Position numbers and translations under genes: made by a program. Shown piece by piece: positions 14,183 to 26,000 of a stretch of DNA of 64,000 nucleotides. Location: positions 6,249,079-6,313,078 of the forward strand of contig OZ316898.1 in NCBI GenBank assembly GCA_973895155.1, read 5' to 3'. Source of the stretch: Marsupella aquatica (taxonomy: Eukaryota > Plantae > Marchantiophyta). A model generated the notes under the pieces. The model worked only from the letters and a program-made list of their open reading frames with translations. It was not told the DNA's origin and searched no databases. The first letter of the stretch is position 1, and each line of letters opens with the position of its first letter.

Positions 14183-16824
14183 ATGTCGCACACGATCCTC
14201 TCCAGCTCGGCCATTCGATTCTGGACGCAGTTCCTATCTATCAGAAGGCACTTGGCCGACTCATTGAAACACGCCAACCCGCGCCGATACAAAATCGAAC
14301 GCGAGTATGAGAGAACCATCCGCCTAGCAGTATGACACCACTACATCCTTAACTTTGACTACCCGTCTTAGAGCGAGCTTTACCGACCAGCAGAGGTATC
14401 TGGGTACTTCTTCAACGGAGACAAATATATCGGTTTTTGGGAAGCATTGCTTCGGCTTCTGGACGAGGTCTTCAATATCCCGGGTACGATCGACTTGCAA
14501 CGACATCATTTCGACCACATCCCTGCTCAGGTTCGGGCTATAATCAACAGCGAGTCCAGCACTACCCATTCGACAAGGTCGTCCGCACTTGCTTCGGAGA
14601 ACTTCTACCAGCACCTGTAGAGCTTCATGGGAACTAGACCCGCAACCACCAGCGCCAGCCCAGTGGACCCCATACCCGTACCCGTACCAACGCAGACTCA
14701 GGCCCAGGCTCAACTTCAGTCTCAGCCTCAGCCTAGCCAACCCCCACCGCCGATCGCCCCGCCAGCAGTACAAGTACGCTCCGTCATCAACGCTGTGGAC
14801 CTTAGCGACAACGACGAGGCTACCCCACCCTTGCTCAGGCGGCCCAGAGGATTAAACACTCAGGGGGCCGACACTACATCGTCCCCTCCCCATGCTCGGA
14901 CCCAAGGAGCGGCTCCAGCAGACAACACGGTGACCGTGGCCGCCCCGGGACCAATACTAACGGCGGTAGCACTACCTATGCCCGATCGAGAGGATGGGGA
15001 GGTGTCACCTTCCCCGAGCCAGTCACGGGGGAAGAAGAGGAAGGAACCCGCCACTGCATCCGGGTTACCATTGGCCACGGTAGCCGTGGCCAAGGTAACA
15101 ATGCACCGCATGGGGGAAAACATGCATAAGAACATCCTCCATCCCAAGCATGCGATGTACGTGAAGACTCAGGGATTCGAGCACCTCGCCGCTCTGCCCT
15201 GGAACACTTGCAGGTACTACGGGGAGGACATGACAGAATTCGTCAAGAATTATGATGACACACGTCAGCATACTCGGCTACGGGGAAGGAATATGTCCCT
15301 CACGGAAGAACGGCTCAAGATGATCTTCGGATTACCCAAAGGTGACTATCGAGTTGAATCACGGGCTCCCGGGGGCAAGGGAGCCTAGTACCAATCCTCA
15401 AGTTTTCCCTCAGAAGGAGCAGTGGACAACGGGTTCGTGATGAGGACCTGCCTCATCCCCGAGATAGCTGAGCGACTGGAGTTCCAGAGGTACGCCCTCC
15501 ACATGATGGAACCCCGGGGGGAGATCTCTGCCGCCCACGTTATCCAGGTCGAGAACTATCGACCTAGGAAGTGGGCGTCGTACTTCGCTAAGAAATTCCA
15601 TGAGGAGATGGAGCGGCGAAGGAAGACGTTGTACATTGGCGGGAAGGCGTATTTCGCTAGCCACATCGAGATCATTCTTGAGTGGTATGCTCGGTTTGAT
15701 CGACGAATCCTTCCCCGTGTCAATGTTACAAAGCTGGTCCCAGCTAGGTGGGTTTTCCCGGCCTTGGAGAGATGGCCCCAACCCGAGGCCCGAAGTCCAG
15801 CGGACACGCCAGCTTCACCCACCCCACCTCCACAAGTAGCTGTAGTCGTAACCGAGGAGGTACCGGATGGGTCGGTTATCGCAACCGTTGATGCGATCCA
15901 ACAGGCCGGGCTAAGTACAGAAGTTGGTACGGCGGAGGTCTTACCTGAGCCCGGGTCTCCCAAAGACCCACCGGTGGCTATTCCGGAGAACCGGACATTG
16001 CTGCAGGAGGACACTCCAGCCCCTTCCAACATTACGTCCCCAGGGCTGGATGTCACTGCCCCGATCCCCGTGCGTGTTGACGTCTGCCCGTGCCCAACTC
16101 CGGACAGGCACAACTTGGACCACCCGGAACTCTTCGTACCGGGTACATTTCTGAACGGGCTTCTGGGAGATTTCTCTCATCAAATTGCCCGGGATACCGG
16201 GGAGTTCATGGCCCGGAAGGTAGCCTGTTTCTTCAATCAGGAGTTAGTTGCCGCAGTAAAGGCAGGTCGGGCCCAGTCAGAGGCCCTTCAGAGGATAGAG
16301 CGGTACCGGGTGGAGTCCGTATACTTAAAGAACGAAGTTGCGGCTCAAGAGGCTGAGCTTCTGCAACTACGACCCAAAGTTGCAGCCGCCGATGATTTGT
16401 TAGCAAAGGCGCATGCCCTTACCGCCCTAGCCAAGCAGGCCAAAGCTGGGAACGAGGCCGATATTGCACGACTCCGGAACCAGATTGACAGTTTGAAGAA
16501 TCAAACTGTCATCTAGCAGAAGGACCTGGAGGAGGCCGAAGAACGGGCCCAGCGGGACACTACGGAGATAGCCACGCTACAAGCCGAAGTGGCACGGCTC
16601 CAAACCGAAGCCGAGAAGCAGGACCAGCTGGCGGGCAAGCTGACGAGCGACGCCCAACAGCTGGAGGAGGCATGCCAGGAGGCCGCGGAGGAGACACGGC
16701 AAAGCGAGAGAATGAATCTTTGCTGGACTAGGTCCAGCTCCTCAAGGCAGACAACGACAGACTTCGTAAGCAACGGGATGGCTGCTCCCACTCGGGCGGC
16801 TCTGGCAAGCATACCAGGTATTAG
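14183..16824 (+). pseudogene. decayed ~880-codon ORF: N-terminal domain, Pro/Gln-rich linker, basic motif (RGKKRK), PMD/plant-transposon-protein-like domain, coiled coil
   Basis: ATG 14183 and track ORFs 14627, 15422 and 16589 share one frame, broken by TGA 14333 and TAG 14369, 14618, 15386 and 16514; a frameshift lies near 16695. Motif GFEHLAALPW..EFVKNYD..LRGRNMSLTEERLKMIFGLPKG..NGF. Confidence 0.75.
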
Positions 16825-18039
16825 CGGCGGAGTAGGAATAGAATAGGGTTAGGAGTAGCTAGGTCAGGCTATTGGGACAGGCACCTGCCTTAGTTACAAC
16901 AGTACTGCCATGCTGTCCAGCCTGCGTAGATTAGGATCTTCTAATAAGACACAACCATTTTTTGGCCTGACAGTCAGATTAGTTAGGACCTAAGTCAGCG
17001 AATCTTCGGGCGGGAGGACACTCCGTTCCCCGGCCCTTAGTATTTAGTGCACCCCTCGGTAGCGGTAGGGGGTTTTTAGTCTCAGAGTTGGACATCCGTG
17101 GTATGTGCGGGGAGTCCCGACCTCTAGGAGTGAAAGAGTACCAAGGGAAGGGGGTAGGACTAAGCTCGTCAGGCGAGTGCGGAGCCGGGCTCCGTTGTAG
17201 TATACTCTCTCGGCCTTGAACCTGTTCATTTCGGAGCTATCGGGTCAACCAAGTGTACGCACATGTCCCCTATGTAGTAAAATCCTTTCCCATTATTTCT
17301 TTCGTGTAAATCAAGATTGTATGCTCGTGCGCGTGTATGTGTGTGTGAATCTCGTGTATAGGTGACAACGTCGGGCCGAACGCACTACCCGAGTCGTGCA
17401 CGGGGTGCAGCTTGCGGGGATGTGGTTGCGAGCATGGATTGAGGACCTGTATCATAGAATCCGGATCAAAGGCGGATAACACAAAGGCTTAGAACTCCTT
17501 AAGCCGGGATCGATCCTGTTATCGACTAAGGTACGTTCCGGCGGCGGAACACAAACCATACCTAGGAGATGTCCGTATCTAACAGTAGGCGCACTTAGCG
17601 CTAGTTTACGTGAATTAGGTGCATTACGCGCTTCCCTCCCTGCCCGAACCCTCATATTTACGAAGGAGGTGCCCGTTTAAAGCTGAAGCCCGAGTTTAGG
17701 CCAAGGCTGATGACGTGACAATTACTCATTCTGATTTGAGTTTACTTTGGGTTTCTAAATATTCGCAGTTAAACCCCTAAAGGGTTATTGATTATCCGCT
17801 TTTGGATATGGGTGGAAACTAAGGTCATGGAACTAACCTGAAGTACTGTACCTTAGATTATTCTGGATCTTTCGTGAGAAACATATCTACCATCGATCAT
17901 TGGATCTCAGAAAATCTATACGTTACCAAAATACTTCAAAAACTAGGTCATAGAGCATGATTAAAGGTATGGTATTAGTTCCATACTTAAAAACTATCAT
18001 CCCACCAAACAATGGCTATAAAAGCTCTCGTTTGAGTTG

Positions 18040-18650
18040 TTTATGGTGTAAAGGCCATGAGGGTAAGACCCTTAAGTAAGATATTGCCCTAATGTAGGGT
18101 GTAAATGGGTGTAAACCCATGTCAATTGGTGTAAAAGTTGTAAATGGTCAATTTACACACAAAAAGTGTATGGACCAAAGTTTACTCCCCCTGATGGTGT
18201 AAATTGGTGTAAACCAGTGTAAATGCTATAAGCAAGTGTAATCTGGTGTAACCAGTGTAAACAAGTATAAACCCAATGTAAAGCATGGGATTATACAATG
18301 GTAAGACATACACCAGTGTAAACTGGTGTCATGAGGTATAATCTAGAATGGTATCATTAGGTGTAAACTAGGGGTGTAAAATGGTGTAAAAACCATTTTG
18401 TGATTGAAATGGGTGTAATAACCACTTTGTAAATGGAAAGTAGAGGTATTTGGTATAAAACCATTATTTCCAATGTGCAAAGTCAAGTAAGGGTGGTATG
18501 ACATGTAAATATGTCAAATGCATGTAAAGCATGTGTTGCACATGTAAGGCATGTTAATGTATGCAAATTCAACAAGTGACATGTAATTTCCCTAAACCAG
18601 TTGATGTGTTTACATGTGTAAACTGTGTAAATTGCTGTGTAAATTTGCTA
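18040..18650. repeat. dense cluster of (G/A)GTGTAAA motifs inside the Bianca-like element
   Basis: Many ggtgtaaa/agtgtaaa/atgtaaa copies at irregular short spacing. Confidence 0.8.
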
Positions 18651-19709
18651 TGTGCACTTATCATTTTCCATTTCATTTGTTTATCCATAAGTGCAAAACA
18701 TCCGTTGTCAACAAGATTTTCTTTGTTAATATGTGCATATATGGATAGTTTTTCAAAAATGAAGATTTTGCACTGAAACACATGGGATTCTCTTGTCTTT
18801 GGATAAGTGCACCCAAGCATTTGTATTTCAGAAACTCTTTACTATACTATGCATTTAATGAGGGTTGCACTTATCTGGTGTTCGAGTTTTTCTCGAGGAT
18901 TTTTAGATCGAATGTTGCATGTTTAAGTCACTCATATGTGTCTCTTGAAATCTCACTTGTCGCTTTGGCTCATTCTTTGATTGCGATCAGCTTCTCAGGC
19001 TCATTCTTGGACAAGCATAACATTCCATATTTAGGATTCAGAAAATGCTATCAGATCTAGACCCCACAACGATGACTCGTTTCTTTTGCTGGGTGCCATC
19101 TCCCGTACGTTCACAACCAAAGCCAAGATGTTCTTCCTCCACGACATTTGCTTCTATCTTCTCCAATTTGATACGATTGTATCAAATGGCTCTTATTGAA
19201 ATCTTCATTGAATCAGCAAACGACCAATTCAACATCCATGTTTGGGCTCTTGTAATGCCTGTACTTCACTCAATCGTGTGTAATGGGCATTTCCTTTCAT
19301 CCTTTATGGCTCACAGATCGACCAACAAGAAACTGTCAGCGGTTGAGAAACATTGTGAAATTCAGGGAAAGAGAAGGCGTCTGCGTTCGTCCCTTATCTC
19401 TCTTGCCTCAGCCATAGCTTTCCACTTGACTCAAATCATTGTCTTGAATACTGCTTTCCCACACGATCTTCAGAATCACCCTTTAAAACAAAATTTCTTT
19501 TGATCATATCACAGCCTTCATAAGTTTGCTCTCGGCGCGACCACAATGCTACATCCTGTCGTTGCTTCAACGTGACTCATGTTCTCTTGGTGGTTCAAAC
19601 TACTAGCCTTCTCACTCCCAATTCAATTCTCCTCCATAGCTTGGAAATCCTTAAGAGAACATTCATTCATCATAGCCATAGGGAAATTCCTAAAAAAAAT
19701 TCATGATCA

Positions 19710-19741
19710 AGCTCAGCTGGTCTAGAGTCGTGTTGATAACG
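19710..19741 (-). other. primer-binding site complementary to the 5' half of tRNA-Ile
   Basis: The + strand agctcagctggtctagagtcgtgttgataacg resembles the plant tRNA-Ile D-arm and anticodon arm (AGCTCAGYTGGTTAGAGCGTCGTGCTAATAACG) and abuts the LTR. Confidence 0.75.
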
Positions 19742-19883
19742 TGTTGAGGAATGATGCGGGAAATGATAATGAGATTCCTCTCTATAGAATGAATGGGTGC
19801 ATCTCTTTATATAGTCTCCGTCCGAGTTATCCTATATGGTAACTATGGTTAAGGTAACCATGGAGTCTAGTTAGGGTATTACA
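19742..19883 (-). repeat. 5' LTR (142 bp)
   Basis: Identical to 12368-12509 and followed by the TSD AATCT. Confidence 0.95.
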
Positions 19884-19939
19884 AATCTGTATTTGGGAGA
19901 CATGGGATTTTCAAGCACTAGGTTTTCGGGTTAATCCAC

Positions 19940-22900
19940 CTATTTTATTTTTTATTTTATTTGTTGGTAAATAAGAGCTTTATAGCAACGGGGGCAGAAC
20001 CACCCGACAAAGCCAGGATACACCGGGGCCGACAAAGTCAGCCCAGGGACACCACCCCACCAGCCCGAACCTAACCAGGGTGAGAGGCCCTAATGAGCCA
20101 TCTAAACCAAGTACACTCAATTAACCGAGGAGGGCTAGCTTTACAATTCTGCTACTGTCTATTCAGGCTAGACTGCCTAATTCTATCTTCAGGGCTAGAC
20201 AAACTTCTGTCCTGTCTACTGAACCCATTCTCGTGTTCACTTCTATTCATACCGTTCCTACCCCTCTGTTGTGGGAGAGTATCGTAGTTGCTTAAGCGCT
20301 TCCCCAAAGTACTCTGACCACTCTTGGGTTTGTCTGGGGGCTCGTGTAGATTGCCATTATGTCTCACTATCATTGCGGTTCATGGAGTTCGTGATCTCAT
20401 TATGAGCCCATGGTTTCAGCACGTAGTCCAGCTCCTCAACAATCCTTTGAAGTTGTCTTGCTTTCCGCTGCATCAAACAGAAGTTCAGCATTGTTTTGAG
20501 GTGTTCTTTGGTGTACTTCAGAATGACCCAACTAGGGAGTCTGCCCAGAAAGTGCGAGTACACCTGTGCGTTCTGCTCATTCCAGATTGCGTTGCAAAGT
20601 TCCATCATGAGCACAACCGGGCCAGGATTGCGTTTGTGAAGCTTGAAGGCCTGATTGATTGAGTCATACAGGGTGTCCCCAAAGTGATTCAGAGTAGTGG
20701 TGTTGTGGAGCATCACCTTCAGTTCCTGCCATCGTGATCTCACTTTTGGGCAATCAAAGAAAAGGTGGTTAGTATCCTCGATGTCAAGGTGACATCTCTC
20801 ACAGGTGCCATCACACATACCCCATCTTTGCGCCTTCCCGTTGTTGAAAAATCCATGGTGAAGAATCCTCTAGAAGAAGAATTTCACCTTAGAGATGACC
20901 CAGCCTCCCCAGATTTTCCTCCATTTCTTCTGCCATTCCTGCATTGTCTCTTGTTGTCTCCATTGTCTATTGTGTTGAGTGAGGTCTGGTGTCATGGTGA
21001 GACCTTGCGCAGTCCAAATATGGTTAGGAAAAGACCATCCCCTGTTTTGATTGGTCCAATCTCACTTCCATCCGGTGCAATGGTGAAGGGCCAGGGCAGT
21101 TGGAGGATCATTACGAGTCAAAGTCTGACGGAAGACCGCAAATTCATGCACTCCCACCAGCCTGGTGCTTCGAATGTTGGTGCTGATCTCTCTCTCTGTC
21201 TTCCATTCGTCAGTTGCAGAAACGGATTGCTAATCTCCTTAATGCCCCCGTTCGCAAGGAATCTTCTGAGGTCAATCTCTTGCGCTTCTGGTATAGTCTT
21301 AGATCTGCAGTGGAGCTGCACTGTCTGGTCAATTGATAGGTGGGTTGGGTAATTGACAGTTTTCCATGTTGAATTGCAGTCTGGTTCTGTGGTTGTTCTA
21401 GCTTCTAATCAACGCCCGAACCGTGGTCGATCCCCTGATTTTACAGTCTGCTCCCAATAGCAGGGCTTCGGAGCTGGTCCATCTCTTCTGAGCTTTTTTT
21501 TGTGGTCCGCTTCTCAGAGACATCTAGATCATTTTGTTGGCCATCTGTGTACATTCTTTGTCACTCTCCGTGATGAGTTTAGTGATGTGTCGCATCTTCA
21601 GCACTTCCGCCTGGGTTTCGAATGGAGTAAGCCCTAGTCCACCTTGTTCCTTGGGCATCGTAATCACATGCCAGGCCACCAACCGTCTGCACACTTTCTC
21701 CATTTCAAGGAAGCCTGATTTGAACAGCGCTAAGGCCATCAAGTGATACGTAGGAATCGCCCGAAGAACATGTTTGAGCAGGATCAGCCTACCTGCCATC
21801 GATAAGCTTTTGTTGACCCAAGTATTGAGTTATTTCCTTAGTTTGGCGACCAGGAAGGCAGCTTCATGTGACGGTCTAATCTTGTACCCGATAGGGCACC
21901 CCAAGTATTCGCAGATCTCTCCCACTTTTGCTACTTTACATCCAGTGTTCTGGAGCCATTCAGGATACATGTTATCCTTGAGGTAGATCGGGATGATTTG
22001 AGATTTGTGGACGTTCAGCACAGCACCTGAAATGTGTCCAAATCATTTCATAGCCTCTCATGCAGCAGTAAACTCCTCCTCTGTGGCCTCCACAAATAAT
22101 CTTGTGTCATCAGCGAACAATTGGTGGCATAGGCTGCTACCATTCTTGAGTCTCATGCCTTGGATTTCACCCGCTTGGATTTTCTGAGCAACAAGTGACA
22201 TGAGCGGTTGTGTAGTCAGAGTGAATAGAATGCTAGATAAAGGGCACCCTTGCCTTACCCCTCTTCCAAGATCAATGGGATTTGTGAACCTTCCATTAGT
22301 ATGTACCTTTGATTGGGCCCTAGTAATCAGGCCCCTAACCAGCAGAATAACCTTTTCACAAAATCCAAACGCCCTCATCACGTCCCATATAAACAAGTGT
22401 GCAATTCTATCGTAGGCCTTCATGAAGTCTAGCTTGAGAAAGATGAGCTGCTTTTTGTTTGTCTGAGCTAGATCCTGAGCTAATTTGAAAGTTATTAGGT
22501 TGTCCATGATGTCTCTCCCTTTGAGCAATCCAGTTTGTTGGGAATCAATCTGTTTGCCACCGTCTTGACCCGGTTTGCAACCAATTTAGCAATGATCTTC
22601 TTTGTGAGAGTCAGCATAGTGAGGGGTCTCGAGTTAAGTACTTCCAGCACATTGTGGTTCTTGGGAATTAGTTTGATGACACCGGCCAAGGCCTTAGTGG
22701 TCATCAACCCGTCTCCCCAAAAAGCATGGACCATTGCGAAGCAGGTCGGGGCCATAAACTCCCAACCCTTGATTAGTACCTCAATTGTGACTCAGTCAAT
22801 GCCGGGAGATTTTTCCTTAGGCATATCAAAGACTATCTTTTGAATCTCCTCTCCAGTCGGCAGTCGAGTCATCTTATAGTTCTCCTCAATAGTCACCTTC

Positions 22901-22976
22901 TTAGTGAGGAGGTCCAAAGTGGCCTTTTCTCCTCCCCGAATGTCTCAGTGATCGTGTCAGCATAGTCTGTACAGTT
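19940..22976 (-). mobile_element. L1-clade LINE, 5'-truncated degenerate ORF2 (RT plus zf-RVT)
   Basis: Minus-strand RPLTML..KIIAKLVANR, LKLDFMKAYDRI, GVRQGCPLS, QLFADD, YLGCP, GGLGL and CERC..HLFFDC; (TAAAA)n-like tail at 19941-19961; frameshifted. Confidence 0.92.
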
Positions 22977-23023
22977 TGTTAGATATTGTTCTAGTTTTGT
23001 GACTCATGAGCTAACTACAGTTA
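22977..23023 (+). repeat. start of a plus-strand Copia LTR (copy B), interrupted by inverted copy A
   Basis: tgttagatattgttctagttttgtgactcatgagctaactacagtta matches the start of LTR 41026-41369, including an extra segment absent from the copy A LTRs. Confidence 0.8.
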
Positions 23024-26000
23024 TGTTGAGCTTAGACGACATTCGTAACGGCAAGCCCATGAACCATCCAACGCACAATAGTCGGCACAAAGAGATATGT
23101 GGTTCACCTCCACATGAGGCTACGTCCACGGGAACACACAAGAGCTTTACTGCACTCTAGGCCGACCGGCCATACCAAGCATCCACAGCACAAGCTCTCC
23201 CTATCTCTCAACTAGCTCCGTAAAAATGAGCCTAAGTTCCACCAGGGTTTGGCGTCAGCCCTGGCTATATGCACAATAGCACTACCACTAATATTAGCTA
23301 AGTCCTAACCCGAGTTAGCTCATGAGTCACAAGACTAGAGCAATATCTAACAAACTCCCCCTTGACTTTTGTCTTGGGGACTGGACTAAATGCTACCATA
23401 TGGAATCCTCAGCGGGGAGTTCTAGACAATCACCAAACCAGGTCTCCCCCTAAAAACCACAAGGGTTAACTAAGGGTTAACTAGAACTAAGCCGTAGCCA
23501 AACAGGAATGAGTAATCCATATACAAATAGTCACACATTGCTAAATAACTCTACTTGTACTACAACTGCAAAACCTGCAAAGTAACGCGGTGTCTTGAGA
23601 AACTCTCCAAAGGAATCACTTTGGTAAAGGCATCAGCGGGATTGAGCTTTCCATCAATCTTGACTAGCTCAAAAGTTTTATCAGACATTGCTTGCCTGAT
23701 AAAATGGTATCTGATATCAATGTGCTTCACCCTGCTATCCATCACCTGGTTAGCAGCCAAGTGAAGAGCACTCTGACTATCATAGTTTTGAGTCATTTTG
23801 CCATGCTCTAAACCCATCTTCGCGATCAACTTGTCCAACCAAATTGCTTCCTTTGCTACTTCTGCTACTGCAACATACTCTGCTTCTGTAGTAGACTGAG
23901 ATATGCACTTCTGCAAGGTAGATTTCCAACTGATACATCCTCCTCCAAGAGTAAATACAAACCCAGTTGTAGACCTCCTTGTATCCAGACAGCCTCCATA
24001 GTCAGAATCTACATAGCCAACTAACGTTCTATTTGATCTGTTATCAAATAGTAATCCACAGTCCTGTGTTCCCTTCAGATACCTGAGAATCCACTTCACA
24101 GCTTCCCAATGTACCTTCCCTGGATTTGACATAAATCTGCTAACCTTGCCCATCGCTAGGGCCAAGTCAGGCCTAGTACAAGTCATCAAATACATCAGAC
24201 TGCCTACTGCCTTCTCATAAGGAATCTTAGCCATCAGACCTTTCTCCACAGCATCCGTAGGAGAGAAAGCCGATGATAACTTGAAATGTGAAGCTAAAGG
24301 AATACTCACTGGCTTACAGTTCTCCACGTTGAATCGTGCAAGTACTTTCCTTGCATACTAGCCTTGACTCAAACACAACTGTCTAGTCTCAGAGTTCCTA
24401 AAAATCTCCATCCCTAAGATCCTCTTGGCCTTACCAAGATCCTTCATCCTGAATTCAACACTCAATTTTGCCTTGAGACTGTCAACCTCAGATTGATCTT
24501 TAGCCACAATCAGCATGTCATCCACATAGATCACCAGAATGATGAAACCAAATACATCATTCTTGACTGATTTTGTATACACACAAGGATCATACACCAT
24601 CCTTGTAAAACCTTGAGCAAGCATGAAATCATCAAACCGCTTGTTCCACTGTCTGGGAGACTGCTTCAATCCATACAAGGACTTGAGCAATCTGCAAACT
24701 AAGTTCTCTTGGCCCTTCTTCATAAAGCCTAGTGGCTGTCTCATGAAGATCAACTCTTCCAAGTTGCCATAGAGAAAAGCAGTAACAACATCCATCTGAT
24801 CCATCACCAGACCAAAAAACACAACAAGCTGACACAAGATCCGTATTGTGGAATACTTAGCCACCGGTGAAAAGACCTCATTGTAATCCACTCCTTTCTC
24901 CTGAGTGAATCCCTTGGCTCCACCCTCTGAAGGATTGTCCTTCAACTTGTAAATTTACTTGTTGTCCACCACTTGCTGACCTCTTGGAAGCTCCACCAGC
25001 TCCCATGTCTTGTTGTCACTCAAAGATTGCAACTCCCTCTACATTGTTGCATTTCACTCATGCTTCTGCTCTGAAGCACAAGCCTCACTATACGAAGAAG
25101 GCTCTCCTTCTTCCAAGATCAAAACCATGTCATCATCATCAGGTGCAATGTCAATATCATCTAGCTTAGATGAGTCTGCCCATTGACCATACCTGGTAGG
25201 AGCTCTAGTAGAACGACTAGAAGTTCTTCTAGTAGATGACTCAGGCTGATCTACTACTACTGCTGGTTGAATTTGAGGTACCCCAACAACAATCTGCTCC
25301 TCTTGTTCCATCACAGGAACCAGCTCCAAGCCCGGAGCTTCTCCATCTCTCCTGTCATGAACAACATCATGACTAATCTCCCCCTCAACCCAGTCCGGGA
25401 TGGGAGATTTCCCCTTGTCAGTATGGGAGTCGTGAGAACTCTCCCCCTCCTTTGATGATCTGGATTCATTAAAGGACACATCTCTACTGACAATTAGTTT
25501 ACAGGTTACTGGATCCCATAACCTATAACTCTTCACACCTTTCTGATAGCCAAGGAAAATGCACTTCTTCGACTTGATCTCCAGCTTGGATCGAAGCTGG
25601 GAAGGTGTAAGCACATAAGTATCACATCCCAAAATCCTCAGATGTGAGTAATCTGCTGGACGCCCGTACCTCATTTCATATGGCGTCTTGAATCCAATAG
25701 AACAGGATGGAGAAAATTTACCAAATAAGCTGCAGTGTTGACAACTTCAGCCAAAACTCATGTGGTAAGCATGATTGACTCAACATACTCCTCGAGTGGT
25801 CCAATAGTGTTCGGTTGAGTCTCTCAAAAACACCATTCTGTTGAGGAGTATAACTTGTTGTGAGATGGTGGGTAATCCCTTGCTCCTTACAATATATTCC
25901 AAATTCACCAGAACTGTATTCACTGCCGTTATCTGATCGTAGATATCTCACCTTATTACCAGTCTGATTTTCAACTTGGGCTTTCCACTCCTTAAAAGTA

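Larger units (their letters stand above)
13716..17720 (+). mobile_element. 4005-bp TG...CA element with 5-bp TSD (giant solo-LTR-like, probably Ty3/Gypsy) carrying one gene
   Basis: Ends TGTGACG...CGTGACA; ATTAC TSD at 13711-13715 and 17721-17725; GC-rich against AT-rich flanks; no internal terminal direct repeat, gag or pol seen. Confidence 0.85.
12368..19883 (-). mobile_element. non-autonomous LTR retrotransposon, Bianca-like Copia lineage, with a nested 4-kb insertion
   Basis: Identical 142-bp TG...CA LTRs, AATCT TSD (12363-12367 and 19884-19888), minus-strand PPT AAGGGGAAG at 12510-12518, and a half-tRNA-Ile-type PBS next to the right LTR. The segment tgcctcgttaaaacctt...aaggaaaaagagtaca resembles Bianca 3' regions (recalled, not searched). 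No intact gag/pol ORF. Confidence 0.88.

Noticed and set aside
15386-15388. Programmed read-through suggested by GKGA-TAG here and GKA-TAG at ~39483
   Set aside because: The two stops fall at non-homologous positions in the domain and other stops are present; mutational decay is simpler.
19710-19741. tRNA-Ile gene
   Set aside because: Only the D-arm and anticodon part are present, with no T-arm or acceptor stem; its position makes it a PBS.
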